A stretch of 63,318 nucleotides of DNA, filler included, from Reclinomonas americana ATCC 50394 (taxonomy: Eukaryota), in assembly GCA_048213135.1 (NCBI GenBank). It is 8 parts of 4 records of this genome, joined end to end, with 100 filler letters (N's around TTAATTAATTAA, not from the genome) between each part and the next. Parts side by side here need not be neighbours in the genome. Positions count along the whole stretch, not along the records: positions 1 to 21,827 come from PS015332.1; positions 21,928 to 30,585 come from PS015332.1; 6 more parts are not named here. One strand, given 5' to 3'. The position numbers were made by a program, and so were the translations under genes. The first letter of the stretch is position 1; every line of letters starts with the position of its first letter. Shown piece after piece: positions 11,089 through 24,150 of the stretch. The notes below the pieces were generated by a model, which did no database searches, had not been told where the DNA came from, and worked only from the letters and a program-made list of their open reading frames with translations.

Positions 11089-13918
11089 ATGCTGCGCGCT
11101 CGTCTTCCGCTGCTGCTGCTCCCGTGGACGGCGAGCACGCGGGCAACTGCGCACAGGTGGATGCCACCACTGGCGGAGTGGCTTGTCAGGCGAGTCTCTT
11201 CCCTCTTTCTCTCTCTCTGTTGCCTGCATCTTTGTCTCACTCTTGCATGTGCCCAGTGAGCCTGCACTGCTGTGGCATCGGCTGAGTGCTGCGGTGTTTG
11301 GCATGCACTCAGAGGCTGATCGTGCGCTCCTGCTGCGGTATCGGTTACCGCTGACGGTGTTGTCGGAGGATGAAGTTGCATGCTTTCACCACTCTCTCTC
11401 TGTCTCTCTGTGCCCTCCATCTCTCATCGTCTGCGCAGGCGCGACAGCATGTGGGCGACGAGTGGCCGCCACCGGCGACTGCGCATGCAGTGTTCTTGCC
11501 CAACGATGGCAATGCGCCGCCGCGTGTGTTTGACTGTGTTCGCGCGGCCGCGGCCGAGGCGTTGGAGTATGTGAAGCGATGCGATGACGGTGATGAGCGG
11601 GTGTGGGAGCAGCGAAGGCTGGCCACGCCGGCGGTGTTGCATCCGCTGGCGAGGTCGCTGGACGCCGTGCGTGTGCAGGAACCGAATCGATTGTTGTCGT
11701 CGGCTGGTGCGTGCTTTGGCCAAAGGTGGGATGCTTGGTTTTCTGCTCAACTGTGGCGGCGTGCAGCACGAGTACGACGCTTCCCCGATCGTGGTCTGCG
11801 TGTGGTGTGCGATCCGTTGCGGAACCGCGTCTTGGTGATCACCGACGAGGACCCAGCTCGTGTCTTGCATGTGGTATGATCTGATCGTCGCCAGTTGCAC
11901 GCACTCTCTTTGCTCATCGCTCTGAGCGCCACAGATTGGTCGTGGGCTTGGCGGGCGACTGGACGGCGACTTTGCCGAGGCGTGCCTGAACGGGCCGAGC
12001 GATGCCACGTGGTGCCCGCTGACCGGCCACCTGCTGATTGCCGACACTTATGTGCGTGCTCGGCATCGATGCCTTACCCCTCTTCCCTTTTTCCCTCTTC
12101 CCTCTTCCCTCTTCCCTCTCCCTTCCCCCTTCCCCCGCCTCTTCGTTTTACTCCCTTCTGACAAGTTCGTGCAGAACAACGCGATTGTGCGAGCCGACTT
12201 GGAAAATCGACAGCTGTCACTGGCGTTCAAACCGTCGCTGCCGGCCACGCTGCTGCATGACGAACTGGAGGAGGAATTCGCCGTCGTGTACGCCGACGTG
12301 AACACCGACATGGGCCACTTGTTTGCGGTGGATTCACGCGAACATGTGCCGGGTCGACGGCCCTCGTCGGCGTACACGGACTCGCCGCAGTACATCAATC
12401 GCCACCCCGCTGCACTACACACTGAAGAGGTTTGCAAGGTCGCCAAGGGTGCAAGGCAGTGCGTGAATTTCATGGTCTTTGTGTGTGCCTGTGCAGGACT
12501 GGACACTGTGGGCTGCCAGCGAGCATCCACTGTCGCCACCCTTGCTGGATTTCTTGTCACCGTCGCGCGCTGCTGCTCGGCGGCGCAAGGCACGCCACCG
12601 ACAGCTGACGAAGAACTGGAAGCAAGATCCGCGCATCACACTGGACGAGGGACCAGCACCGCCAGTCGTGCAGGCTACCGATGTCTCCTTTGTGGGCTTC
12701 CCGCGGCATCCGCGACCCGAGCATGAGAAGCTGCTGCCGCCCGACCTGGAGCTCGATCGCAACTTTCAGGAGCGCAGCACACGAGTGCGTGACATGTTTG
12801 TGCGACAGCGCATCCCCACAGTGGAGGAGCGTGTCGGCAAGACCAAGCTGCTCTCCGACACGATTCCACCGCGCGACGTGTGGCGACACGTGTTGCACGG
12901 CAGTGGCGAGTTCCCGCGCGCCGCCTTTCTTCGCCTCGACGACGAGGATGAGCTCAAGCTGAGGGTGGAGGCACTCGGTGGTGATCGGCGGTGGTGTGTT
13001 CACCTCGAAAGCGGCGCTGTGACAGAAGTTGCGGCGAATGTGGAGAACAAGGAGAGCGATGTCGCTGGTGATGGTGAGTGAGTGGCGATGTTGATCGCTC
13101 CTTCTTCTTGTCCTCTTGTCTATTCACGACCTCCGCAGCCTCGAGCATTCGCCTTGTCGACCCGACGGCACTTGGCTTTGCGGCCATGCGAACGGCGGAA
13201 ATGGTCGACTGGTCGCTGCTGCTGTTTGAGCACGAAACGGCCAGTGACAAGCGAGACGACACCACGGACAGCGGTGGCACTCTGTCGGTGGTGTCGCCGA
13301 CGAAATATGGCTTTCTCGGGCACGGCCGACAGCTGTTGATGCCACCGTGTCACCTGCAGCGCGGCTTGGCGCTGCTGAGCGTGTCGTTCGAGCTGCCGGC
13401 GGGGTGGCGCCTGAGTGCATCCGTGTCGACAGTCAGCGAGTTCCGCGTGGAGGGCAGTCTCGTGCTGGCGCTCACCGCCGACGGTGAACTGCGGCGAACG
13501 TGGGCCGGCCAAGACTATCTGTTCGAGGAGGCCATGCTGCACGACGTTGACCCCTCACTGGAGCGCAAGCAAGTGCACACGGAGCAGTGGTTCATGTCGC
13601 GAGTGCGGCAACTGCGCTCCGATCCGCACACGGCCACCACCCTGCTCAGCGTCTGCAACGGCATCGGCGAGGTAACTCGTCTCCCTTTGTGTGTTCCAGA
13701 CACGCACTCTTGCTGAATGTGTGCGACAGGTTCGCCTCGACATTGTCGTGTTCCTGGAGCACGACACCGAAGGACAGTGTTTCGACGCCATCCAACTAGT
13801 TGTTCCGGTGGAGAGCCCCGAAGACTCCAGCGCCACGCAGCCCAACAACACCATCGAATTCCCCAAGATCGCCGTGCTCACGAGGCCACATGATCGCTTC
13901 GCCTTGCCTGCACTATGA
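11089..13918 (+). CDS. NHL-repeat protein, divergent NHLRC2/SOQ1-like
   Basis: The spliced segment VLHV|IGRGLGGRLDGDFAEACLNGPSDATWCPLTGHLLIADTY|NNAIVRADL resembles the NHL repeat of NHLRC2. Multi-exon; first intron appears GC-AG. Confidence 0.5.
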
Positions 13919-13998
13919 AACGGCGAAAACGCAACCGATGAAATTGTAGACTGACGCGCCGAATCCATACCAACTTTTTCATCACTCTTGCAAAGCAC

Positions 13999-14771
13999 AT
14001 GTCGGGCGCATCGTCATCGGCCTCGTCGGCTCCGTCGCGCACATCACCCGAGTACTACGTGCAGTTGCGTGTTGTTCTGTGCGGGCGGGGAGGAGGGAGT
14101 GTGCGAGTGGAGATGCAAGACATGTGCCATCGCTCTCTTTGCCCTCTCGCTCCCTCTCTCTCTTTCTACACTGTGTCACCTGTCTCTCTCTCCACCACTC
14201 TCCCTCTCCGCCCACGCCATGTTGTTGTGCGTGCGCGCACGACAAGAGTGATAGATGATGAGCCAACTTGCACATTGTGTGTTTTTGCGCGGGAAGACAT
14301 GTCGCACAACTCACTCACGTGAGCCGCGTGTGTCGTGCAGGGGCATTGCTGCGTCGCGAAAGTTCCTGGAGGAGTACGCTGAGCGCGCACAGCGCTTCTA
14401 CAGGGGATGCGAGAAGCCGAACCTGAAGGGTAAACACCTGCTTGTTGTCGGAGTATATCGCACAAGCACGCACCCTCACCGACGTCGACTTGTGCGTGCT
14501 CTCTCCAGAGTTCAACAGAATCGCCAAGGCCACCGCCATTGGCTTTGCCGCGCTCGGCGTGGGTGAGTGTCGATTCTTCGCACTGTGTGTTTGTTGCATG
14601 TGTTCTCTTGTCTCAACTGGGCTTGCGCGTGATGCCAGTGGGCTTTGCCATCAAGCTGCTGTTCATCCGTTGCGTCTCCTGTCTGTGCACTGGCTTGTCA
14701 TTTTTGGTAGCGTTGCTCACGTTTGTTTCTTTTGGGCATGAAATGCAGCGATCAACAACAACATTCTCTGA
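13999..14771 (+). CDS. SEC61G: Protein transport protein Sec61 subunit gamma
   Basis: Five small exons give ...CEKPNLK|EFNRIAKATAIGFAALGV|VGFAIKLLFI|PINNNIL*, the SecE/Sec61-gamma signature. Confidence 0.93.
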
Positions 14772-14952
14772 GCGGCTTGTTTCCCGACTTGTGTGTGTCT
14801 GTTGTTCGCGGTGTGCGTTTCTGTGGAATGCACATGGCGCGAGAAGAGGAAGTGAATGAGTAAGGAATTGAGTATGTTGTACTATTGGTGGCGTTGTGAA
14901 ACAGGTTGCAGGGGAGAGAGGAAGTTGATGGAGGGAGGAGGAGAAATGCCAC

Positions 14953-17515
14953 TCATGTGTGCGCCGGGGTGGTGGTGGTGGCGGCGGTTGTGGCTGCAGC
15001 TGCAGCGGCGGCGGCGGCAGTGACGGCGGCCAGCAGTGTGGCCTTGCGCGATCTGGCAGTGGTGGCTGGTGCGCTGGCACCTCGCAGATTTTGCACGACC
15101 ATCTCGTCCGACTCTGCACCCGCCCGCCGTGTGAGACACATTGCGCAGCAGTACCACCGCAGTATCAATGGCAGTTACCTGTCGGCTCAAACACGCACGC
15201 CATGTACTCGTCGGTCGCCAGCGACGAGTGGTCGGGGCACCAGCAGCGGAACGACTTGTCCGGATCGGTGGTGGTACTCATCGAGCACTTGGCCAGCACG
15301 GCACACGACAGGTGGTACGAACGCGGGCACTCCTTCTTGTCACAGCCGAGCGAGGCTCCGGTTTGGCGGCAATGCGCACAACGCTGCACAGCAGAAGCTG
15401 GTGAACAGACGGACAAGCACACTTGGAGTATCATCGCAACACCGCACCCGTCTCTTCGAGTCCGCAATCTCAGTGTCCACGTTGCGCCACCGCTGCCCGT
15501 CGAACCACATGTTCGAGTTCCACACCAGGCACTCCTCGTGTGCAAACAGCTTGCGCCCGTTCGACAGCGACAACTGCGTCAGTGACTTGTCCGGCAGCGC
15601 GCCGCTCTTGCAAAACACGCACTCGCGCTTCGCCGGTGGACCAGGCTCTGCGCACGCACCAGTGAGCACCACCAGCGCCGCTACGGTGCACTCCATGCAC
15701 GCAACTCTTGGCTTTCGTCGGCGGCGCTCCGGTCATCTTGCGGACCTTCTTGGCGTTCTTGAGCGTGTTGGCGGCAGTCTGCTCATCCGACGACTCCTCG
15801 TCCTTGCCAACGGAGGCACCGCGGTGGCTCGACCGGTCACGCAGCGACTGTTGACGCATCCGTACGCGCTCAGCCTCCTCCAACTCGGCGGCGAGACGCG
15901 CCACATCCTCGGCAGTCAGCTCCTGCATGACCGGTGGCATCGGCAACTGGGCAGTCATGGCTGCCATTTGTGCGGCCGCGGCCGCAGCCGCAGCGGCACC
16001 AGCTGACCGCTGCTGCCGTGAGACAATCACATCGTCCTCCGAGTCGCGCTCAGACGGTGGCGTCCGAGGCGCGCGAATGGCTGCGGAGGAAGAAAAGTGA
16101 GGCAAGGCGTCGGAATAATGAAAGAAGCACACAATTAATGCACCTCGGCGCGTCGCTGCGCGTTTCTCGGGCGGCATCTGGCCACTGGCGTCCTCCTGTG
16201 AGTTCTCACTCTGGCTCCACGTCCGCTTCTTGCCGACGTGCTCGTACTCGGAATATCCATCCTCCTCATGGTCGGCCGACGGTGTCACCGTGTAGTCCTC
16301 GGCCTCCACGTAAATGTGATCGGGGAAGCTCATGCTGCAGCACGCAACACGTGAGTACTCTATATAGACAGCACCCAACAACCTGTCCGCCTCCCTCTCT
16401 CTCACCTGTTCTCGGTGACCGGGCTGGACACAAACATGTCGGCATCGGAATCCTCGTCCACATCGTCGTACACCACCTCGCCCTCGTCGTCCTCGCCCAC
16501 AAACTCGTTCGACACGAGAGGCACCAGCGAGTCGGACCGTCCAACGACGGCAGCACGAGCAGCGGCGACACGACGCTCCGGCAACTGCGCCACCTCCGCG
16601 ACGAACCGCATCGGCGCCGACACGAGATCCAGCTGCGGATGCTTCACATCGGCATCAATCGAGAAGCTGAAGCGACACTCCCCGCCAGCGGCAAGCACCG
16701 CCGCAGACACCGGCGGCGGCATCACAAACGCCAGCAAGTGACGCGCGGCAAACACCACATCGCACGACAACTGTTTCCCATCAATCATCAAATCCACGCG
16801 CGTGTTCCGCAGCCGATACGGCGACACCGACGCCGCGTTGCCGTACTACATACCAGGAGGAACAGAGGTAAGGCACAGAGAAGCAACTACACTACACAGC
16901 AGAGCCACACGCAACATGGTCAACAAACGTCGCGCGCATCACAAACGGTGTGCCCGCCGACACCTGCAGCCACGCGACCGCGGCCTCGCGACGCGACACA
17001 TTGCCAAACACATCCGTGACACTCACACTGTGCGGCGGTCCGGCCGCCATCAACACCGGCACACGCACTGGCGCGAGTGCCGCATCACCCGCAAACACCA
17101 CATCCAACACGCGATCCTCACACGGACTCTCGCTATCCGCCAACTCCGTGGATGTCATTGGCAAGCGGAGGAACACAGAGCGCCCTGTGTGTATGTATAA
17201 GTAACTTGTGTGTGTGTGTGTTTGTTGAGAAACTGCGTGTGTAAAAGCACCATCTGCTCTGACTGAGACTGGAGCAATGACGCCCAAGTCGCTGCTCTTC
17301 TCTGCGTGCACCAGAGAGACGCGGAAGCGCCAGGAGGAGGCAGGTGCAGAGCACAATGAAGTCGGGATGCGCAGCTGTGCACACACACACAGAGGCAAAG
17401 TGAGACAAGAGTGTGTTTGCCGCACACTCCTTCTCTCACACACACAGCGCACCTCAAGCAACGGCAAGTCGTGCCCGACAGTGCCCAGCACAGGCAGCGG
17501 CGAGAGAACTTCCAT
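14953..17515 (-). CDS. Extended PHD (zf-HC5HC2H) finger protein
   Basis: CVFC...AHEECLVWNSNMW...DSKRRVR|CAHCRQTGASLGCDKKECPRSYHLSCA...CWCPDH; acidic, low-complexity middle region; N-terminus not recognised. Confidence 0.75.
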
Positions 17516-17639
17516 GTCGGAGATTCAGCACACACTTGCTGGTGTTTGCCTCGGGAAATGGCGCGGAATTCGTCTCGTCTACAATACGTTTCCCGGCCTA
17601 CATAACGGAGTTGTGTGCGGGGTTGACGCACACAAACAA

Positions 17640-19885
17640 ATGAGTGAGCAGGCGCGAGAGGAGGCGGCGATGGTGACGACTCCACTGAGCGTGGAGGAAG
17701 TGGCGAGGTGCGCATGAGAGGCAAGGCGATCACACTCTCTGTCTCTCTCTGTCTCTCACTCTCTGTTTCATCATGCAGCAAGGAGAAAGAGAAGGAAAAG
17801 GCAGAGGAGGGCGATGTGATGACTGTGGAGTACCGTGGAAAGCGTGTGCAACTGAAGGTGCAAGATGGAGCCATCCTCGGTCCCGATCTCGAGCCACTGG
17901 GATTGCGGTGAGCACTACCACACTGCGCATCTCCGCATCTTGTCGCACACACAAAGAGACACACAGCAGGCGATCACACACAGCCCTTTTCTCTCTCTCA
18001 CACACACACGCACACTCTCTCCTCTCTCCCTTCATACTCTTGTGCATTTCATGGTCGCATCTTGCATGACTGATGCAGCGATCGATCGCCTGGCTGATCG
18101 CTTCTGTGTCTCTCCTTCCAACAACAGCATCTTCGACCCGGGTTACTTGAACACTGCAGTCGCTCGCTCGAGCATCTCATTCATCGATGGAGACGCGGGC
18201 ATCTTGCGATACCGCGGATACAACATTGAGGAGCTGGCGGAGCGCAGCACGTTTTTGGAGGTGCGATCGTCGCGTACCGTTGATGATGATGATCACAGAC
18301 GTCTTGGAAGCGCCCACTGACATGTACACCAGGTGGCGTTTCTGTTGATCCGAGGCGAGCTGCCGAGCGTGCAGCAGCTGGCGTCGTGGACGTCGAGTGT
18401 GATGCACCACACGTACATTCACGAGGATCTCGCGCACATGCTCAAGTCGTTCCGCTACAACTCGCATCCGATGGGCATGCTGATCTCGGCGCTTGCCGCG
18501 CAGTCGACCTTCTACCCCGAGCTGAACCCGGCGCTGGCCACCGGCGGCAAGGATCCCTACGACAGCGTGTATGCGCGGAACAAGCAGATTTTCCGCATCA
18601 TTGGCAAACTGCCGACGATTGCCGCCTGCGCGTATCGCCATCGACAGGTGAGAGTGTGTGTGTGTGCTGGAGGAGAAGGATATCGTTTGAGCCTCGTTCT
18701 CACACGCACTCGTTCTCCTGCAGGGGTGCGTGACCGCGATCACTCAAGTCATTGTGTTTTCCTTCTCTCTGACTTTTTGTCTCGTCACAGTCGTGCGTAC
18801 AACCCACCGATGCCACCACCGTACACACAGACGTCATGTTTCGTGTCGTCTCTCCGGCTGTTTCCTACTTGTCTGCTGCTGACTGTGGAGTGCAGACACG
18901 ACCAACTTTTTGTGGATGCTGGATCGATTGTCGGAGACCGACTACCAGCCCGACCCTCGACTGGCTCGTGCACTCGACATTCTCTTTATTCTGCACGCGG
19001 AGCATGGTGCGCAGTGATAGACTGTGGGGAAAGACACGCACACGGGAGCGCTCACCGTGTGCACGCAGAGCTCAACTGCAGCACTGCCGCTCTCCGTCAC
19101 TTGTCCTCCTCCAATGTCGATCCATTCACCGCTGTGGCTGGTACATGGGAGGTGTGCGCGCACGCAAGAGAAGCCCACTACTCACATGATCGAATGCAGG
19201 TGCGGCGGGTGCGTTGTACGGCCCACTACATGGCGGTGCCAATGAGGCCGTGCTGCGCATGTTGGAGGAGATTGGCAGCGTGGACAAGGTGCCAGAGTTC
19301 ATCGAGCAGGTCAAGCGACGCGAGCGCAAGCTGATGGGCTTTGGTCATCGCGTGTACAAGAACTAGTTGCGTGTTGGCACGTCTGCCCCCGATTCCTCGC
19401 AAAAACTGACATTGTTGTCTCGTGCAGTGATCCGCGCGCCCGCATCGTCAAGCGTGTGGCCGACGAGGTATTCGCCATCCTCGGCAAGGAGCCACTCATT
19501 GAGGTGGCAGTCGCGCTGGAGAAGGCCGCCCTCAGCGACCCGTACTTTATCGAGCGGTGCGGTGATTGTTGCATGTTGCGCTCCGCGTGCGATGCGCTGC
19601 TGACCGCCTGTGTTGCCCCGCAGCAAGCTGCAACCAAACGTGGATTTCTACTCTGGCCTAATCTACAAGGCCATGGGCTTCCCCTACGACTACTTCCCCG
19701 TGCTGTTCACCATTCCGCGCGCCGTGGGCTGGATGGCACACTGGGTGGAGGCGCTGGACGATCCGCACCGCCGCATCTACCGCCCACGCCAGGTGTACGT
19801 CGGCCCCGAGGAGCGCCAGTATGTGCCACTGCACCAACGCCACAACGACGCACAAGTGACCAGCAGCAGCACGTTGCGTCACTGA
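17640..19885 (+). CDS. Citrate synthase, glyoxysomal/peroxisomal (bacterial-like) type
   Basis: [74 protein letters not shown] and IYRPRQVY after splicing. Confidence 0.95.
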
Positions 19886-20099
19886 AACCGAGGTGGCGAA
19901 GTTTTGTTGTTTTGCTAAGCAAATATTCCGCCACAGCTTCGTCTCCGGCAACAGCCACCGTCGCGAGGTGCTCCTCGCCGCCAAAATGTAAATAGAAGCA
20001 AAAAGAAAGAGATACGGGGAACAATATACAAGTGGCTCTTCGGACTGATGCACGTCGCATGTCCTGTCGCAATCATCCTTCTCCACACTCTTCTCAGAG

Positions 20100-21827
20100 A
20101 TGCACGCGCGGGTGCGCCGGTTAGGCCGACCATGGCCCTCGGAGCGATGCAACCACTCTGTTGCGTGTGCATTCTCACACTCACTTTTTTCGATCTTTTG
20201 TGTCTGGTTCACTTGCAAACTGACTGACTCTCACACTCACTCAGTGTGCGGGTCCGATTTTGGGCGGGTTGGCAGTGGTGTTTGGAGGATACAATGGGCG
20301 GCAGTGGAAGAATGACTGTTGGTTGTGTGACGCAGGTGTGTGAGTGAGTGTGTGTGTGAATCATTGGGCGCACTCTTATCATTGCCTGTTCCGACACTAT
20401 GAGCGGAGGGAAAAGATGGAGAGAAGAGACACACATGCACAACATATACACACTCACTGTCTCTCTGCCTTCTCCCTCCCCTTTGTGTGTGTGTCTCTGT
20501 GTGTGCGCGCTTTTGCTTGCGCACGAAAGAGATCCATTCAGTGTTGTCAGCACAGTCTCTCTCTCACACACGCTGACTCGCTCACTGTGCCTGCTCCTTA
20601 CACTCGCACACACACGTGAGCACCAGAGATATGCGTGTGAGAATCAATCTCCCGTGGTGACCAGTGTGTGTCGGGAATTACCGAGCAACTCACTCTCTCT
20701 CTCTCACTCTCCACAGTGCGTGGTGTGTTCTATGAGCTGTCGTGGACGGGCGATCAGCCATCAGCACGCGGCGGTGCTTCCATGGTGGCACTGGATTCTG
20801 ATGCCGGAAAGCTGCTATTGTGTCTGGGTTACGAGTTGCGTCGTCGTTGAATCATTCCTGCTGCCGGTGGTGACTCACCGCCGCGCGCACACGCACAGTG
20901 GCATGAACTATGTCGACGACTATTACATTCTGCGAGTGGACGCGGAGGAGGGCACAGTGCACGGCGAGCGGATCCGCTTTTCGGGGGACACGCCGACCGG
21001 GCGCAGCTCGCAGACGGCGGTGCGGGTGCCGGGCACGCAGACGGTGATTGTGTTTGGAGGCTTTGATGGTCGCTCTCGCCTGGACGACTGCTTCATGCTG
21101 GACACGACAACGCTGTCGTCTCGGGAGATGACGCTGGTGGATTCGCCTCCGACGGCCCGCGGCGGCCACGTTGCGGTCATGCTCGACAGCAAGCGCATGT
21201 TCATCTGGGGTGGCATTAGCAATTTGCGGCGAGCGTCGAGTCCCGAGGCCTACGTGGTCGACGTCACAAACATGCGCAGCACAGAGACACGGATGGTGGG
21301 TGGACCACCACTCGGGTACGCCTTTGCTGCGGGTGCGATGATCGGACCACGAACTCTGGTCTTGCACGGTGGCGCCGACCCGACGGCCGAGTTCTCCCTC
21401 GACGCCTACTTTGTCACCACAGGTTTGGAGTACGAAGAGGAGGAGGAGGTGAATGGAGAAGGTGATCTCGCTGATCCTTATTTCCTCGCGCAGACACATT
21501 CGAGTGCGAAAAAGTCATTCCTGGACCCGCCGTCGACTTGCCATCACCGCGCTCGGATCACACACTGGTGCCGATTGACGGCCTGTCGTGCTTCCTGTTT
21601 GGGTGCGTAATTCGATATGTCACGTCCGCTCGATTGTCTCGTCTCGTCTCTTATCTCCGCGCTGCAGTGGATTCGGTGGGCGTGACCGTCGCTTCAATGA
21701 CATTTTCGTGTTTGAAGACACGACCATGGAGGACGAGGTGGAGGAGCTGGCGGCGGCGCTGGGGCTGCTGGACGCACTGGCCAGCGCCAGCGGCGCCAGC
21801 GGCACTGGCACCGGCTCCGGAACCAGC
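20100..21827 (+). CDS. Kelch-repeat protein (3' end truncated at linker)
   Basis: Repeated PSxRxxH/GG motifs: PSERCNHS..VFGGYNG, PSARGGAS, PTGRSSQT..VFGGFDG, PTARGGH..IWGG, PSPRSDHT..LFG|GFGG. Confidence 0.8.
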
Positions 21828-21927
21828 NNNNNNNNNNNNNNNNNNNNNNNNNNNNNNNNNNNNNNNNNNNNTTAATTAATTAANNNNNNNNNNNNNNNNN
21901 NNNNNNNNNNNNNNNNNNNNNNNNNNN
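21828..21927. other. Artificial scaffold linker (N run + TTAATTAATTAA + N run); also at 30586-30685, 35066-35165, 40807-40906, 49602-49701, 59531-59630 and 61473-61572
   Basis: Identical 100-nt construct with stops in all six frames, occurring seven times; genes are truncated at it. Confidence 0.97.
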
Positions 21928-22850
21928 GCCACCGCCATCACGTAGTGACCGTGGCCCTCGAACCGCCGGTCTTCTCGGCCAGTGATCAGCGACCACACGC
22001 GAATGGTCTTATCGCGGCTACCACTGACCACGTAGTTGCAGTCGGCAGTGACCGCCACAGAGGTGACTTCGTTGGTGTGGCCCTCAAAGTGCCGCACCTC
22101 GTCGCCAGTGGCCACCGACCACACACGAACGGTGCGATCGCGACTGCCGCTGACCACGTGCTGGTCGTCGGGGGTCATGGCCACGGCCTCCACCCACGAC
22201 GTATGGCCGTCAACGTCGCGTGTTTCGTCACCAGGAGCCAGCGACCATACACGCACAGTTCGGTCGTAGCTGCCGCTTACCACGTACTGGCCGTCGGGGG
22301 TGACGGCCACGGAGGCCACATACGCCGTGTCGCCGTCAAACAAATGCTCCTCTTCGCCCGTCGCCAGCGACCACACACGAATGCTCTTGTCTTCGCTGCC
22401 GCTGATGACATGGTGACCATCGGCGGTCACCACCACCGACAGCACAGAGTGCGTGTGGCCAGTCAGGCGGCGCACCTCGCCGCCGCTGTTGATGGCCCAC
22501 ACGCGCACCGTCTTGTCGCTGCTGCCACTGACAACGTGCTGGCCGTCGGGCGTCACCGCCACTGACGTGACAATGTCGGTGTGGCCCTTGAAGCGGCGCA
22601 TCTCCTTGCCGGTGCCCAACGACCACACACGCACGGTGGCATCGTGGCACGCCAGCATGCCGCGCTGACCGCCAGCACTGACAATGTGCTGACCGCTCGG
22701 CGTCACGGCCACGGAGTGCACAGAGCCGGTGTGGCCCTCGAAGCGGCGAACCTCACGGCCCTCGGCAATCGACCACAGACGCACAGTGCGATCCCAACTG
22801 CCGCTCACAATGTAGCGACCGTCGGGCGTCACAGTCACGCAGCTCACAAT
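21928..22850 (-). CDS. WD40-repeat protein fragment with highly regular ~42-aa repeats (both ends in gaps)
   Basis: At least 7 near-identical units GHT..V.SVAVTPDG..VVSGS.D.TVRVW.L.TG.EVR.F; no introns in about 920 bp. Confidence 0.92.
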
Positions 22851-24150
22851 NNNNNNNNNNNNNNNNNNNNNNNNNNNNNNNNNNNNNNNNNNNNNNNNNN
22901 NNNNNNNNNNNNNNNNNNNNNNNNNNNNNNNNNNNNNNNNNNNNNNNNNNNNNNNNNNNNNNNNNNNNNNNNNNNNNNNNNNNNNNNNNNNNNNNNNNNN
23001 NNNNNNNNNNNNNNNNNNNNNNNNNNNNNNNNNNNNNNNNNNNNNNNNNNNNNNNNNNNNNNNNNNNNNNNNNNNNNNNNNNNNNNNNNNNNNNNNNNNN
23101 NNNNNNNNNNNNNNNNNNNNNNNNNNNNNNNNNNNNNNNNNNNNNNNNNNNNNNNNNNNNNNNNNNNNNNNNNNNNNNNNNNNNNNNNNNNNNNNNNNNN
23201 NNNNNNNNNNNNNNNNNNNNNNNNNNNNNNNNNNNNNNNNNNNNNNNNNNNNNNNNNNNNNNNNNNNNNNNNNNNNNNNNNNNNNNNNNNNNNNNNNNNN
23301 NNNNNNNNNNNNNNNNNNNNNNNNNNNNNNNNNNNNNNNNNNNNNNNNNNNNNNNNNNNNNNNNNNNNNNNNNNNNNNNNNNNNNNNNNNNNNNNNNNNN
23401 NNNNNNNNNNNNNNNNNNNNNNNNNNNNNNNNNNNNNNNNNNNNNNNNNNNNNNNNNNNNNNNNNNNNNNNNNNNNNNNNNNNNNNNNNNNNNNNNNNAC
23501 TCATTTCGCCGCGTCCTCCGCACGGCAAAGCAATTGGAAACCGTCGACCACTCTCTCTGTGTGTGTGGCTGCGTGTCCGTGGCCAGTCTGTAACCTCCCC
23601 AATACTTTACATCACCACTCATGAGTCGTCTCACTCACTCCTCCTCTCCCCGCTCTCCCCCCACAATCCGAACTCCCTCAAGATCTGTCAAACCATCTAT
23701 CATTCCTCATCATCATCACCATAATCATCATCATCCTGTACACTGCGCAACGAGAGAGATCTCACAGGGAGGGGGGGAAAAAGACACACACACACACACA
23801 GAAGAAGAAAGAGCGAGCGAAACATACCACAAACGAGGCGATCTAGCACGCCTCAAGTCTCTCCCTCGCCCCCGAACACACCGCACATCATCGATGTGCG
23901 ATGTCTATTACATGGGGCCGGAGGACATACACACACACACGCACACAGACAGACAGACAGACAGACATTAACAGCTACACACGAACAGAGGCACAAACAG
24001 ACAAGAGAGACAAAAGAGACAACAATCTAGAGGCCAGAGAGGAGGAAGGCGAAAAAAAGTGTGGCCAGAAGACGCCGACGCGAGGAGGGAAACAAAACAG
24101 AAACTCACTCGTAAGGCAACCACGAACTCATTTCGCTGGAAGGCCGGAAA

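Noticed and set aside
21872..21883. Recurrent TTAATTAATTAA palindrome (7 copies)
   Set aside because: Always centred in identical N runs; an artificial contig linker, so gene adjacency across it is meaningless.
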